The position numbers and the translations under genes are program-made. Positions 17,527-27,360 of a stretch of 64,000 nucleotides of DNA are shown piece after piece. Each line of letters opens with the position of its first letter. Within the stretch, counting starts at the first letter, position 1. The stretch is from Bdellovibrionales bacterium. GTDB lineage: Bacteria > Bdellovibrionota > Bdellovibrionia > Bdellovibrionales > UBA1609. The notes below the pieces were generated by a model, which ran no database searches, was not told the origin of the DNA, and saw nothing but the letters and a program-made list of their open reading frames with translations. The stretch is taken from contig OZ241877.1 of assembly GCA_965203095.1 (NCBI GenBank), positions 192,001 to 256,000 of the forward strand. The letters are read 5' to 3'.

Positions 17527-18546
17527 ATGACAAAAAGTAAAAAATCTCAATTAAGAGTGGCCCTCAACGGTTTTGGGCGAATCGGCCGGCGGATTTTTCG
17601 CCAAGGTTTTGACTCTTTAAATATAGTTTTAGTTAATGGGACCAGTTCGCCATCAGCTATGGCTCATCTTTTACAATACGATTCCATTTATGGGCAATGG
17701 GATCCCATGGTTTCAGTTAAAGGGCAAGATCTTATTGTGAAGGGTCGGCCTGTTTCTTGCCTACAGGAGAAAAATCCATCCCTTATAAATTGGGGCGATT
17801 ATCAAGTGGATGTCGTCTTGGAGTGTTCCGGTAAATTTAAAAAATCTTCAGATTGGCAAAAGGCATTTTCTAAAGGGGTGAAAAAAGTAGTTGTCTCTAC
17901 CGTAATGGAGGATCCGGATTTCACTTTAGTTTATGGAGTCAACCAAGGGGAATACCAAAAAGAGCAGAATCATTTTATCAGTAGTGCCTCTTGCACAAGC
18001 AACTGTCTTGCACCTATAATTAAAGTTCTAAAAGAGTCTTGTGGTGTCCGGCGGGTGTTTTTTTCAACCATTCACTCTTACACGAGGGATCAAAATCTTT
18101 TAGACAGTTCCCACAAAAAAGATTGGAGACGGGCCCGTTCTGCTGGGCTGAACATTATTCCCACAAGCACTGGAGCCAGCCAAGCTCTGTCCTCAATTTT
18201 CCCTGAATTAAAAAATAGCTTTCAAGGAATGGCTTTTCGTGTGCCCACTGCTAATGTCAGCCTGTTGGATTTAACTATAGAAATTAAAAAATCCTTTTCT
18301 TTAGATGAGATCCATCAGGCCTTCCGGAAGTCAGCCTCCACAGATCTTAAAGGGATTTTAGCTGTAGAAGAGCTACCTTTAGTCAGTTCAGATTTTATTG
18401 GGCGGAGGGAAAGTGCCATAATAGACTTCCCTCTATCTTTTTTGCAGGGGAAGGCATTGCGACTTGTCTCCTGGTATGATAACGAGGCGGGCTTTTCAGA
18501 AAGAATGATTGATTTTGTCCATTACATGGATTCTCAAGCTTGTTAA
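17527..18546 (+). CDS. gap: type I glyceraldehyde-3-phosphate dehydrogenase
   Basis: NGFGRIGR, ASCTSNCLAP (catalytic Cys), IIPTSTGA, FRVPT, WYDNE. Confidence 0.9.
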   Translation: MTKSKKSQLRVALNGFGRIGRRIFRQGFDSLNIVLVNGTSSPSAMAHLLQYDSIYGQWDPMVSVKGQDLIVKGRPVSCLQEKNPSLINWGDYQVDVVLECSGKFKKSSDWQKAFSKGVKKVVVSTVMEDPDFTLVYGVNQGEYQKEQNHFISSASCTSNCLAPIIKVLKESCGVRRVFFSTIHSYTRDQNLLDSSHKKDWRRARSAGLNIIPTSTGASQALSSIFPELKNSFQGMAFRVPTANVSLLDLTIEIKKSFSLDEIHQAFRKSASTDLKGILAVEELPLVSSDFIGRRESAIIDFPLSFLQGKALRLVSWYDNEAGFSERMIDFVHYMDSQAC

Positions 18547-18573
18547 AAAGCCCAGGGGACTTTTTAACAAGCT
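18537..18573. terminator. hairpin between convergent genes, likely bidirectional terminator
   Basis: AGCTTGTTAAAAAG...CTTTTTAACAAGCT perfect 14-bp arms spanning the gap stop codon. Confidence 0.6.
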
Positions 18574-18592
18574 GAGTTTTTGTCAGGAAGAA

Positions 18593-19336
18593 TTATTGGC
18601 AAATTTTAGTTGGTCTTTGTTTTAAATTCTGAATTTGAGCTCGTTTCCATATAGGCCAAAGCCATTTGAGTGACTGATCTCCTTCCAAAAAATCTCTTGG
18701 AAAAACACCTAAGGAGTTGAGTTTCTCAATCAAACTTTCCTCATGGGGTGACAGCAGTTGGAAGTAAATGTCTGTTCCCACTTCGTTCTTTTTGAACTTT
18801 TCTTGCAAGTTCATCAAGATCTCTTTTAGAGTATGGCTCACTTGCTTTTTTTTCAGGTTGGTCAAGCAAAAAGAACCGGTTTGATTGTTGTAATAAGAAC
18901 TGGCTTGATACAGTTGAAATTTTTCACTGTCCTGGCAGTAGCCATTGCTTAAAAGAAGAGCTTGTTCTTCAAAAGAGATTTCACCGGCAATCACTGAGAT
19001 TAGCGGATCTGAACCTACAATATAGCGAGGCCAACCATTTTTAGCTATATAGCGATCAAAAAGCCCCAGACTGATCAAAAAGTTCAAGACAAAAGACTGA
19101 GGGCTGGCCATAAGATTTTTGATATCTTGAGTGAGGCAATATACCCAAACAGGAATATGTATATCGTTTTCCCTTAGAATATCCTGATATTGCCTCAGGC
19201 GATTCAAAACCTCCGGGATGCGAAAAACCTCCACATAAAAGTGGTTGTTTGTTCTGGTATTGGGCCGGTTCAAGATAAGGACCGGTTTTGTTCCGTATTT
19301 GTTTTTGTGGCTTGTCACAGCGATCTCCTTTCTCAA
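18593..19336 (-). CDS. hypothetical protein, weak resemblance to a degenerate FabD/acyltransferase fold
   Basis: 247-aa ORF; P.YIVG...SVIAGEISFEE recalls FabD but the GHSxG motif is absent. Confidence 0.6.
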   Translation of the reverse strand: MRKEIAVTSHKNKYGTKPVLILNRPNTRTNNHFYVEVFRIPEVLNRLRQYQDILRENDIHIPVWVYCLTQDIKNLMASPQSFVLNFLISLGLFDRYIAKNGWPRYIVGSDPLISVIAGEISFEEQALLLSNGYCQDSEKFQLYQASSYYNNQTGSFCLTNLKKKQVSHTLKEILMNLQEKFKKNEVGTDIYFQLLSPHEESLIEKLNSLGVFPRDFLEGDQSLKWLWPIWKRAQIQNLKQRPTKICQ

Positions 19337-19654
19337 TCACTGAAAAAACATCCAGTGATTAAAGTCCGATGAGGCTTAAACTTTATAAAAAAGCTCAACC
19401 TGATCTGTATTAAATTGTTTAAGAAGTAGTGCTCATATTTTTGTTCTGGAGCACCCATAAAGCCTTTTCTTTAGCCTTTATTTAAAAAAGCTGTTGAAAA
19501 AGTGTGAAATAAGTAAAACTCTCTTTTAAAAAAATGTCTACAATAAATTTAATTTTTTTCATAATTTTTGGATTAAAAGCCATTTTTATTGATTTTATAG
19601 GCTTTTTGTTTTTTAAAAATGAGACACTTTTATAAAAAATTGCTTAATTTTTAG

Positions 19655-19830
19655 GCACAATCAAAAGCTCAGTTATGAGGATCCAAGGTATTTTTCTTGC
19701 GAAAAGAATGGATTTGGACAAAGAAATTAAAGAGTAATGCTTTATAGCACAATCTAAAGCCCAGTTATGAGGATCCAAGGTATTTTTCCAGCAAAAGGGG
19801 ATGAGTTTGGACTAATGTCTTGTATTGTGC
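19655..19830 (-). repeat. two tandem degenerate family-B core copies (92-bp period)
   Basis: GCACAATC.AAAGC.CAGTTATGAGGATCCAAGGTATTTTTC at 19655 and 19747; reverse complement of the core in 11643-11771. Confidence 0.75.
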
Positions 19831-19908
19831 CCTCTGCCCCCCCACATTCTTTGATAATTTTCAGGAGTTGTATATTATTATTGCTATCCTGGATATTGAG
19901 GGCAGGTT

Positions 19909-20700
19909 ATGGCTTTTTTTATTTTTTTTTCAATAAAGAGGTTTCTCCCCCTTTTTAACTTGAAATTTTTTTTTGTTTTCTTATTGGCTTTTTTTGCCAG
20001 CCCCTCTTTAGCTGTTAAAGTTCATTTTCCAAAAGATGAACTGGCTTCCGAGTCGGTTCTTCCCTTATTGGACAAATCGCAGATGGTTCTCAACCGGAAT
20101 GTGAGCTTGAAATGGAGTTTAGAGATAGGTGCTGGGGCCGGTTTTGGCATGGATGAACCTTATTACTTCCCCTATTATCCTTCTGGTTTTTTGGCCTTGC
20201 ATTGGACAGAGGTTCAGGCCATTAGCCTCACAGGGATTTATTTTATTTTTGATCTGTTTCAAACAGGGAAAAATCTATCTCCAACAGAGAGAAAGTTGTC
20301 TCAAGCAGGGAAAAAGCTTTATGAAGGGGTCGGAAAAAACCCTGATGAAATAAAAAAAATAGATTTTAGCAAAATTCCAAGTCCTCAATACAGTTTTTTT
20401 GTTAATTATCAATACACTCCCTTTTACGGGAAAATCAGTTTATCTAAAAGTTGGGTGATGAATCTCTCCATTTATGGTTTTGCCGGGCCGGGCCTTGTGA
20501 TCTCTAATAACAATGATCAATGGCCGGCAGGAAATGTGGGCATAGGTCAAAAGCTTTATTTTAATAAGTGGTTTGGACTAAGAGGAGATCTGTCTTTTTA
20601 TGGATATTATGGCCAAGTGGTGTCTAAAGAGGGAATGCCCGATGACCAAGGGACAGTCATCAATATTTTAGCCAACATAGGAGTTGTTTTTTTAATATGA
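19909..20700 (+). CDS. outer-membrane beta-barrel protein, GltA/GltB-like
   Basis: Signal peptide; YQYTPFYGKISL motif; alternating beta strands; first gene of the glt operon. Confidence 0.8.
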   Translation: MAFFIFFSIKRFLPLFNLKFFFVFLLAFFASPSLAVKVHFPKDELASESVLPLLDKSQMVLNRNVSLKWSLEIGAGAGFGMDEPYYFPYYPSGFLALHWTEVQAISLTGIYFIFDLFQTGKNLSPTERKLSQAGKKLYEGVGKNPDEIKKIDFSKIPSPQYSFFVNYQYTPFYGKISLSKSWVMNLSIYGFAGPGLVISNNNDQWPAGNVGIGQKLYFNKWFGLRGDLSFYGYYGQVVSKEGMPDDQGTVINILANIGVVFLI

Positions 20701-21521
20701 TAAAACTTTTGTTAAAAAGGTTTAGCCTTTTAACTCTTCTTTTTCTGCATTGGCCTCTTTGGTCTCAAACTTCAAAAAGTTTGAAAAAGAGATCTGATCC
20801 TCATGGGCGAATCAAGCAACTTCAAATCAAAAATCTTTCTGATTTACAAAAGTTGACTCCTTATCAATCGGTTTCAGTAATTCAAAGGAGATATTTGCCT
20901 AAAACCTTTCGAAGTGAGGTCAATTTGTCCGTCTCCTCAGTGATCAATCACTCTTTTTTTTATTTTGCTGGTGCTTCTGCCAGGGCCGGATTTTTTATTC
21001 GGGAAGATCATGGTTTTGGTGTAGAGCTTTTTGTGTTTTCTCCTCCTTTTTTTAAAGGCTTGTCCGGGGATTTGACAGAAAAAGGTATTTTGCCTGTATC
21101 CTCCGCGTTTTCTCAACTCTATGGCGGAGTGTATTATAAATGGAGCCCTGTTTTTGGAAAGTTTGCTGTTTTAAACAGTCAAATTATTTATTTTGATATA
21201 TATATGACTGTCAGTTTAGGAATGGCTCGTATTTTGAGTGTTGAAGAAACTATCAAACAAAAATTAATTAGCTTGAATAAAAAAGCAGATGATATTGAGT
21301 TTGACAAATTAAGTAAAAATTTTTTTCCATCAGGAGCTTTAGGTTTAGGTCAAACTTTTGCCCTCAGTCAGGATTGGGCTTTAAATTGGGAAATAAAATG
21401 GATAGGTTCTTTATTTCAATATCAAAAACCCGGTTCTGATTCTCTTAGTTCTGGTCATTATTGGAATATTAACTTTTCTTTAGGTCTTAACTATTATTTT
21501 CCGGGAGCAGGTTATCGATGA
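20697..21521 (+). CDS. outer-membrane beta-barrel protein, GltA/GltB-like
   Basis: VIQRRYLPKT.R.E, KWSPVFGKF, IIYFDIY; C-terminal FSLGLNYYF strand. Confidence 0.8.
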   Translation: MIKLLLKRFSLLTLLFLHWPLWSQTSKSLKKRSDPHGRIKQLQIKNLSDLQKLTPYQSVSVIQRRYLPKTFRSEVNLSVSSVINHSFFYFAGASARAGFFIREDHGFGVELFVFSPPFFKGLSGDLTEKGILPVSSAFSQLYGGVYYKWSPVFGKFAVLNSQIIYFDIYMTVSLGMARILSVEETIKQKLISLNKKADDIEFDKLSKNFFPSGALGLGQTFALSQDWALNWEIKWIGSLFQYQKPGSDSLSSGHYWNINFSLGLNYYFPGAGYR

Positions 21522-23047
21522 TTAAAAAAGTTTTAGTTTTAAGCCTTTGCCTTTCCTTGAGCTTTGTGCCTTTGCCGGCTTTTTCAAAAAGGGTTTCTCC
21601 CAGGACCTATTTGAGAAAAGTCATAAATGTTATTGAAAGAGGGAACTTTCTCTTAGGATCACGGGAGCTTTACCGGTTGAGCCGAGGCTCAGCTTATAAA
21701 AGCAAAAGGCTAAAAATTAAATACACTTTAGGAATAGCTTTTTTAGAAATGAAGCTCTATCATTTGGCTTCTCTTCAGTTTGTCTATGTGATCAAAAAGG
21801 ATAAAAAGGGCAGTTATAAAGAAAAGTCTTTAGAAAAGCTGAGCCGGATCCTGGATTACTTTAGAGACGATCCTCTATTTTGCCCTCTCAGTTCTTATGT
21901 CAGAGAGAGCGAATTTCCCTCCCGCTCTCGTGACCAGTTGAATTTTTATTTTGGGAAGTGTGCTTATGCTCAAAAAAATTTTAAAAAAGCTCGCTATCAT
22001 TTTGCAAAGGTTCGGTCATCTTCTTCTATTTACAGCCAGGCCCTTTACTACATTGGCTTGGCTTATGCGGAGGAGAATAATGTCCGGCGCTCCGCCAGTA
22101 TTTTTAGGGATATGGCCTCTCTTCGTAAAGGGGTCACAGACACCCACCGTGTGGCCGCCCTCATGGGTCTGGCTCGTGTTTTGTATCAAGGGGGCCAGTT
22201 TCAAGATTCGATGAAGATTTATCTCTCCATCCCTAAGGACACCATCTATTTTCATTCCTCTCTTATGGAAAACAGCTGGAACTATTTGCGATCGGGTAAA
22301 TTTCGCTCGGCTCTTAGCAACTTCCAAAGCCTTCACTCTGTTTTTTATAAAGACCATTACCAGCCAGAATCTCTCATTTTAAGGGCTTATGTTTACCTGT
22401 ATATTTGTAAATACTATGAAATGGAAAAGGTGCTCAATCTCTTTAACGCTATTTATCTGCCTTTGCTTAAGAATGTGAATCGATCATTAAAGTGGGGGAA
22501 ATCTTATAGCTCTTATGTGAAACCAGCTTTAAACGCCCAGAGGAATAAAGAAAAAGGCTTGGAGCTTTCTGACGGGAGTGTGTTTCCTGAAGTGGTGATG
22601 AGCCGTGTGATGAAAAGTGCTAACTTTCGCTCCCTGGTGGATTACCTATCTAAACTCAAGGCGGAAAAGGCTCTGTTAGATAACTTCCCTGCTGAATGGC
22701 GAAGGGATCGTGTGGGGCGAAATGCAAATTATATTTTAAACCGCCGGATGGAATCCACAAAAAGGGCCGCGGGAAAGGAGATTCGAAACATTTTGCTTTC
22801 AGTTCAAAAGGAGTTGAAAGCTCTTTCCACTTCCGAACAGTTTTTGAGATATGATATGCTTAAGGGTAAGAGGGAATATTTGAAAAAGGCGATCAGCCGG
22901 AGGTATTTAGATAAAAAGCAAATTGACGAAAGAATCAGCCGGAGCTACTATATTCAAAATGGCTATGAATATTGGCCTTTTGATGGCGAGGCATGGTTAG
23001 ATGAATTGGGCAACTATCATTACTTAGGGAGACAAAGTTGTGAGTAA
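21518..23047 (+). CDS. gltC: gliding motility TPR protein, GltC-like
   Basis: TPR-like helices; C-terminal YEYWPFDGEAWLDELGNY motif; operon position. Confidence 0.75.
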   Translation: MIKKVLVLSLCLSLSFVPLPAFSKRVSPRTYLRKVINVIERGNFLLGSRELYRLSRGSAYKSKRLKIKYTLGIAFLEMKLYHLASLQFVYVIKKDKKGSYKEKSLEKLSRILDYFRDDPLFCPLSSYVRESEFPSRSRDQLNFYFGKCAYAQKNFKKARYHFAKVRSSSSIYSQALYYIGLAYAEENNVRRSASIFRDMASLRKGVTDTHRVAALMGLARVLYQGGQFQDSMKIYLSIPKDTIYFHSSLMENSWNYLRSGKFRSALSNFQSLHSVFYKDHYQPESLILRAYVYLYICKYYEMEKVLNLFNAIYLPLLKNVNRSLKWGKSYSSYVKPALNAQRNKEKGLELSDGSVFPEVVMSRVMKSANFRSLVDYLSKLKAEKALLDNFPAEWRRDRVGRNANYILNRRMESTKRAAGKEIRNILLSVQKELKALSTSEQFLRYDMLKGKREYLKKAISRRYLDKKQIDERISRSYYIQNGYEYWPFDGEAWLDELGNYHYLGRQSCE

Positions 23048-26000
23048 AAAATATTGGCTTTTTTTGTTTTTCTGTTTGTGGGGGGGTGAGCTTAAGCCTT
23101 CTTTTTCAGAGGGCATAGACCTGCAAACTTCAGCTCCCGGTGAGAATAGCTCAGAGCTTAATGGAGAAAAGCAAATCCATCTTCTTCAAGAAACTGAGGA
23201 TAATAAGCAACTGGAGGGCGACAGGACCCCTTCTTCAAGGGCAATTAAAAAAACCACCATAAAAAGGGATCGAAGGTTTAAAATCCCCACCTCAAAAAAA
23301 CCGATCCGAAAGAAAAAACGAATGAGCCTCAGAAGTATTCAGCCACCTTCTACGGATAGGATTTATTACCAGGGAAATAGTGACGAAGCTGAATTAGAAA
23401 GAGTGATTAACGAGGAGATCCAGCAGTTATTCCGTCTGCTCAAAAAAAATAGAAGTGCCAATTTGACTTTGAGGTTAGGGAGTCTTTATGTGGAGAAGGC
23501 TCGTTTCATTTCCTTTAAAATTCAATTGGATCATGATCTCAAAATGGAGGCTTTTAAAGCCGGGCGACTCAAAACCAAACCTCGGCTCAACTTAAGGCCA
23601 GCTCAAGTTTATAATAAAAAATCTCTTAAACTGTTTGAAGACTTCCGGCAAAGCTACCCTCAGCACAAGCGAATGGATGAGGTTTTGTTTTTCTTAGGGT
23701 TTAACTTTTACCAGCTGGAAAATGAAGAGCGAGGCATCCAATATTTTTCTGAGTTAGAAAAGCTTTATCCTAAAAGCCTTTACCTTTACGAAGCCCGTTT
23801 CCAGCTTGGGGAGCATTACTTTCGTCTCAGGCAGTGGAAGCTCTCTTTTAATTATTATAGCAAAGTGGCTCGAAACAAAAGAGGCAAATTTTACTTTTTT
23901 GCACTCTATAAGATGGCTTGGTCATCTTATAAAATGGGTCAAACAGGGAAGGGGTTATCTCTTTTAGAAAAAATCATTAGGGAAGAGAGACAATTTAAAG
24001 CCCGATCTGATCGAGATGAGATATTCACTTTCAAAAATGAGGCCATTCAAGATTTGGTTTTATTTTACACCCATTCTAACCGATCGCCGGCGAGGGCTAA
24101 AACTTTTTTCCTCCAGCTAATAGGTGAGGATCAGGCTTGGCCTCTGTTAAAAAAACTGGCTCAAGCTTACCACGACATTGGCCACACCCAAGGGGTTTTT
24201 ATTTTGTTTGAAGAGTTGATTCAAAAAGATCCTTTAGGGGTTGAGGCTGTAAATTATAAATATCAAATTGTTGAAACCACCTATAATTTTGGGAAGACTT
24301 CTGAAATTGTCCGGCAAATTAGAGAATGGGTGAGGGGCTATGGGCCGGACAGTGCATGGTTTAAAACTCACAGAGATCGTGAGGATTTAATTAAGAAATC
24401 ACTTAATTTTCAAGAAGTAACAGTGAGTGGCTATGCTTTGAAAAATCACAACACCTTTAACAGGACCCAAAGCCCTAAGTCGAAAACATTGGCTCTCAGT
24501 ATTTATAAAATTTATTTTGATCACTTTAAAAGCTCTCCTTCTTCAGACAAAATGCATTACTTTTACGGAGATCTTCTTTTTGACGCTGGGAAATACAGCC
24601 GGGCCGCCCGTTCTTATGAAGAGGTGATTGCTCGATTCCCTAACAGTAAATACGCTAAACCGGCATTCACCAACCAGATACTGGCTTTAGAAAGGATTTT
24701 ACCCAAAGAAAAGCAAATACAGCTTTTGACAAAAAACAGCAAAAAGAGGGTGGAGTTTCCCAACTCTATTAAGGCTTTTGTTAAGGCCGCAGGGCGATAT
24801 GTTGTTCGTTGGCCAAAGGAGAAGAATGCCCCCTCTATCCTGTATAAAATATCAGCTTTGCATTACAAATTTCATCAGTTAACTATGGCGGCTAAGTTGT
24901 TTAAAAAGCTCTCTAATGAATATCCAAAATCTAAATTAGCGGGAGATGTTAATGGGATTTTATTAGATATTTATAATAAAAATAAAGACTATAAATCTTT
25001 AGAAGAGCTGGCCCGCAAGTTGGCCCAAAACAAAAACGCCAATAGAGAGTTGTTAAAAGAGGCTCAATCCATTTTAGAGCAGATCTCTTTTAAAAAAGCT
25101 CAAGACTTGGCTTTAATTAAAAAATATGAGGAAAGTGCTCGCCTTTATGAAAAGTTTGCCCGCACTTACCCCGGTTCTACTTTAACCAACACGGCTTTTT
25201 ATAATGCCGGTTTGAATTTTGAAAAAGGTGGAGATAGTTTGAAGGCTTTGTCCATGTATTCTGCTGTTTTATCAGACAGGAGCCGGAGAAGTGCTAAAAT
25301 CCGGAGAAAATCTCAAGAATTTTTAGCTGTTTTATCCGAGAAGTTGGCTTTTTATAGGAAGTCAGCTAAGGCTTATGTCTCTTTCGCTAAGAGTTATCCT
25401 TCAAGTTCTAAATCTTCTGATTTTTGGTATAACGCCGGAGTCATTTTTGACGGATTAAATGACAAGGCGAGTGCGGTTTACGCCTACAAACAGTATTTGT
25501 CTTTGAGCCGGAAGTCCGATCGCTATGAAGTTCTTTTTCTGATGGCTTTGATGTTTGAAAAAAGTCGCCGGTGGAATCAAGCCATAGAGTATTACCAATC
25601 TTATCTTAAAAGCCCTTCATCTAATAAACTCCGTTTAGTAAGGGCCAGTTTTGCTGTGGCGGATATTTATGAGAGAAGATTGAGGAATCCTACACAGGCT
25701 AAAGTCTGGCATGAAAAAACTTTATCTCTTTATAAAAGGTTGAGGGTAGGGGTGTCTTACGGGGCCCGATCTCACTTTTACATAGCTCAAAAATTTTACG
25801 ACCGCTTTGCTCAGGTGAGAGTGCCTGCCGATCCTAAAAAACAGTCTTTAGCTGTGGCAAAAAAACTGAAATTGCTGACCCGTTTAGAAAAGGCTTTTCA
25901 GCCCATTATCCGATATGATGATGGAGAGCAGATCATTTCGGCTTTGAGTTTGATAGGCCAGGCCAATCAAGAAATGGCTCAGGCCATTTACAAGGCCCCT

Positions 26001-27086
26001 ATTCCCAAAGGTTTAGATAAAAAGGGGCAGGCTCAATACAGGGAGGGAATTAAAAAGTTGGTAGATCCTTATATCAAAAAAGCCATTAAGCATTACCAGC
26101 TGTCTTTAAAAAAATCCGCTGAATTGCAGATTTACAGCAAAAGGTTGGGGAAGGCCTATAGCGGTTTGGCCAGTATTCAGCTGTCGGGGGGGAGCTTTCA
26201 ACAATTTCTTCCAAGCCCTCCCGCTCCAGAGATTTTATCTCTTCAACTTTTAGACAATGCCGGCACTGTGGAAAGGGGCTTTATTCAAAACTTGGAAACA
26301 TCTTTAAAGTATGGCTTGTCCCGATCGGATTTTGAAAATCTCTCTCAGGCTATAGCTCAAAAAAGAGAGGATCAGGTTTTAAAAGCGGTTTCCGGTATTT
26401 TAAATAAAGATTCCCGTAATGTGTTAGCCATAAACTCTTTAGCTTTCTTTTATTTGAGAAACAACCGTTGGGGCCTTGGCACTTTGGTTTTGAACCGTGT
26501 CGCCTCTAAAAAATCAAAAGCCCCTGTGATTATGAATAATTTGGCTATTGTCTCCCTAAAGTATGGACATGTTCGCGAGGCCGTCAATTATTTAAAAAAA
26601 GCTTTGGCTGTGTCTCAAGTTCAGCCTATAGCCCATGCAAACTTGGCCAATATTTTTTTACAGCAAAATGATTATAGGAATGCTTATATTCATTATAGGT
26701 CGGCTCATAAGCTTTTGATGAGGAAATGGCCCGCACAAGATCAAAGGCGAACGGCTTTTTTAAATAACTACGGAGTGGCTTTAACATGGGCTAAAAAATG
26801 GAGCACTGGCGAGCTTGTTTTTTCAAAACTGATGTCCTCTCCTTCTCCTTTGCCTGAAGTTTTATTTAATTATGCAGTTTTTTTAACCGAAAAAAGCAAA
26901 AGAGAGGATAGAGATTCCTCTAAGAAAAGCCTTTTACGGGCTAAAAGCTTGGTGGAAGAACTGCTTATGTCCTCCACCTCCAGCCAAAGGTTAAAAGGCA
27001 AGGCCAAAACGGTTTTAAAGTTGGTGAGTCAGAGGCTTAAACAGATCAAGACTCAATTAAAAACTCAACAAGGGAGGGAAAAATGA
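23040..27086 (+). CDS. gltD: gliding motility TPR protein, GltD(AgmU)-like with fused C-terminal GltE(AglT)-like region
   Basis: 1348 aa, many TPRs, APIPKGL motif; last ~300 aa form a separate TPR block (NNLAIV, HANLAN, LNNYGVAL, EVLFNYA); lies between gltC and gltF. Confidence 0.75.
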   Translation: MSKKYWLFLFFCLWGGELKPSFSEGIDLQTSAPGENSSELNGEKQIHLLQETEDNKQLEGDRTPSSRAIKKTTIKRDRRFKIPTSKKPIRKKKRMSLRSIQPPSTDRIYYQGNSDEAELERVINEEIQQLFRLLKKNRSANLTLRLGSLYVEKARFISFKIQLDHDLKMEAFKAGRLKTKPRLNLRPAQVYNKKSLKLFEDFRQSYPQHKRMDEVLFFLGFNFYQLENEERGIQYFSELEKLYPKSLYLYEARFQLGEHYFRLRQWKLSFNYYSKVARNKRGKFYFFALYKMAWSSYKMGQTGKGLSLLEKIIREERQFKARSDRDEIFTFKNEAIQDLVLFYTHSNRSPARAKTFFLQLIGEDQAWPLLKKLAQAYHDIGHTQGVFILFEELIQKDPLGVEAVNYKYQIVETTYNFGKTSEIVRQIREWVRGYGPDSAWFKTHRDREDLIKKSLNFQEVTVSGYALKNHNTFNRTQSPKSKTLALSIYKIYFDHFKSSPSSDKMHYFYGDLLFDAGKYSRAARSYEEVIARFPNSKYAKPAFTNQILALERILPKEKQIQLLTKNSKKRVEFPNSIKAFVKAAGRYVVRWPKEKNAPSILYKISALHYKFHQLTMAAKLFKKLSNEYPKSKLAGDVNGILLDIYNKNKDYKSLEELARKLAQNKNANRELLKEAQSILEQISFKKAQDLALIKKYEESARLYEKFARTYPGSTLTNTAFYNAGLNFEKGGDSLKALSMYSAVLSDRSRRSAKIRRKSQEFLAVLSEKLAFYRKSAKAYVSFAKSYPSSSKSSDFWYNAGVIFDGLNDKASAVYAYKQYLSLSRKSDRYEVLFLMALMFEKSRRWNQAIEYYQSYLKSPSSNKLRLVRASFAVADIYERRLRNPTQAKVWHEKTLSLYKRLRVGVSYGARSHFYIAQKFYDRFAQVRVPADPKKQSLAVAKKLKLLTRLEKAFQPIIRYDDGEQIISALSLIGQANQEMAQAIYKAPIPKGLDKKGQAQYREGIKKLVDPYIKKAIKHYQLSLKKSAELQIYSKRLGKAYSGLASIQLSGGSFQQFLPSPPAPEILSLQLLDNAGTVERGFIQNLETSLKYGLSRSDFENLSQAIAQKREDQVLKAVSGILNKDSRNVLAINSLAFFYLRNNRWGLGTLVLNRVASKKSKAPVIMNNLAIVSLKYGHVREAVNYLKKALAVSQVQPIAHANLANIFLQQNDYRNAYIHYRSAHKLLMRKWPAQDQRRTAFLNNYGVALTWAKKWSTGELVFSKLMSSPSPLPEVLFNYAVFLTEKSKREDRDSSKKSLLRAKSLVEELLMSSTSSQRLKGKAKTVLKLVSQRLKQIKTQLKTQQGREK

Positions 27087-27331
27087 AAATAGCTATTTGT
27101 GCACTTTTCATATTTTTTGCAATGCCGGGTTTTTCTGCAAAAAAAAGACCAGGCAAAAAACCCAGAGTGGTTGAGGTGAACTTTGATGATGAGCTTTTGA
27201 TTAAAGGAAAACTTTTAGGCCCCAGCCTATTCACACTGTATCAAAAAAGGGATGTGGAGTTTGGAAAGCTCATTAAACCCAGGAAAAACTTTTTGCCGGA
27301 AATGAGAGCCACTGTAGGAGATATTGAATAA
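27083..27331 (+). CDS. gltF: GltF/CglF-like small secreted gliding protein
   Basis: Signal peptide plus VNFDDELLIKGKLLGP...F.KLIKPRKNFLPEM motif. Confidence 0.75.
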   Translation: MKIAICALFIFFAMPGFSAKKRPGKKPRVVEVNFDDELLIKGKLLGPSLFTLYQKRDVEFGKLIKPRKNFLPEMRATVGDIE

Positions 27332-27360
27332 CTATTCCAGTAGGGGATAGAGGAGGATTA

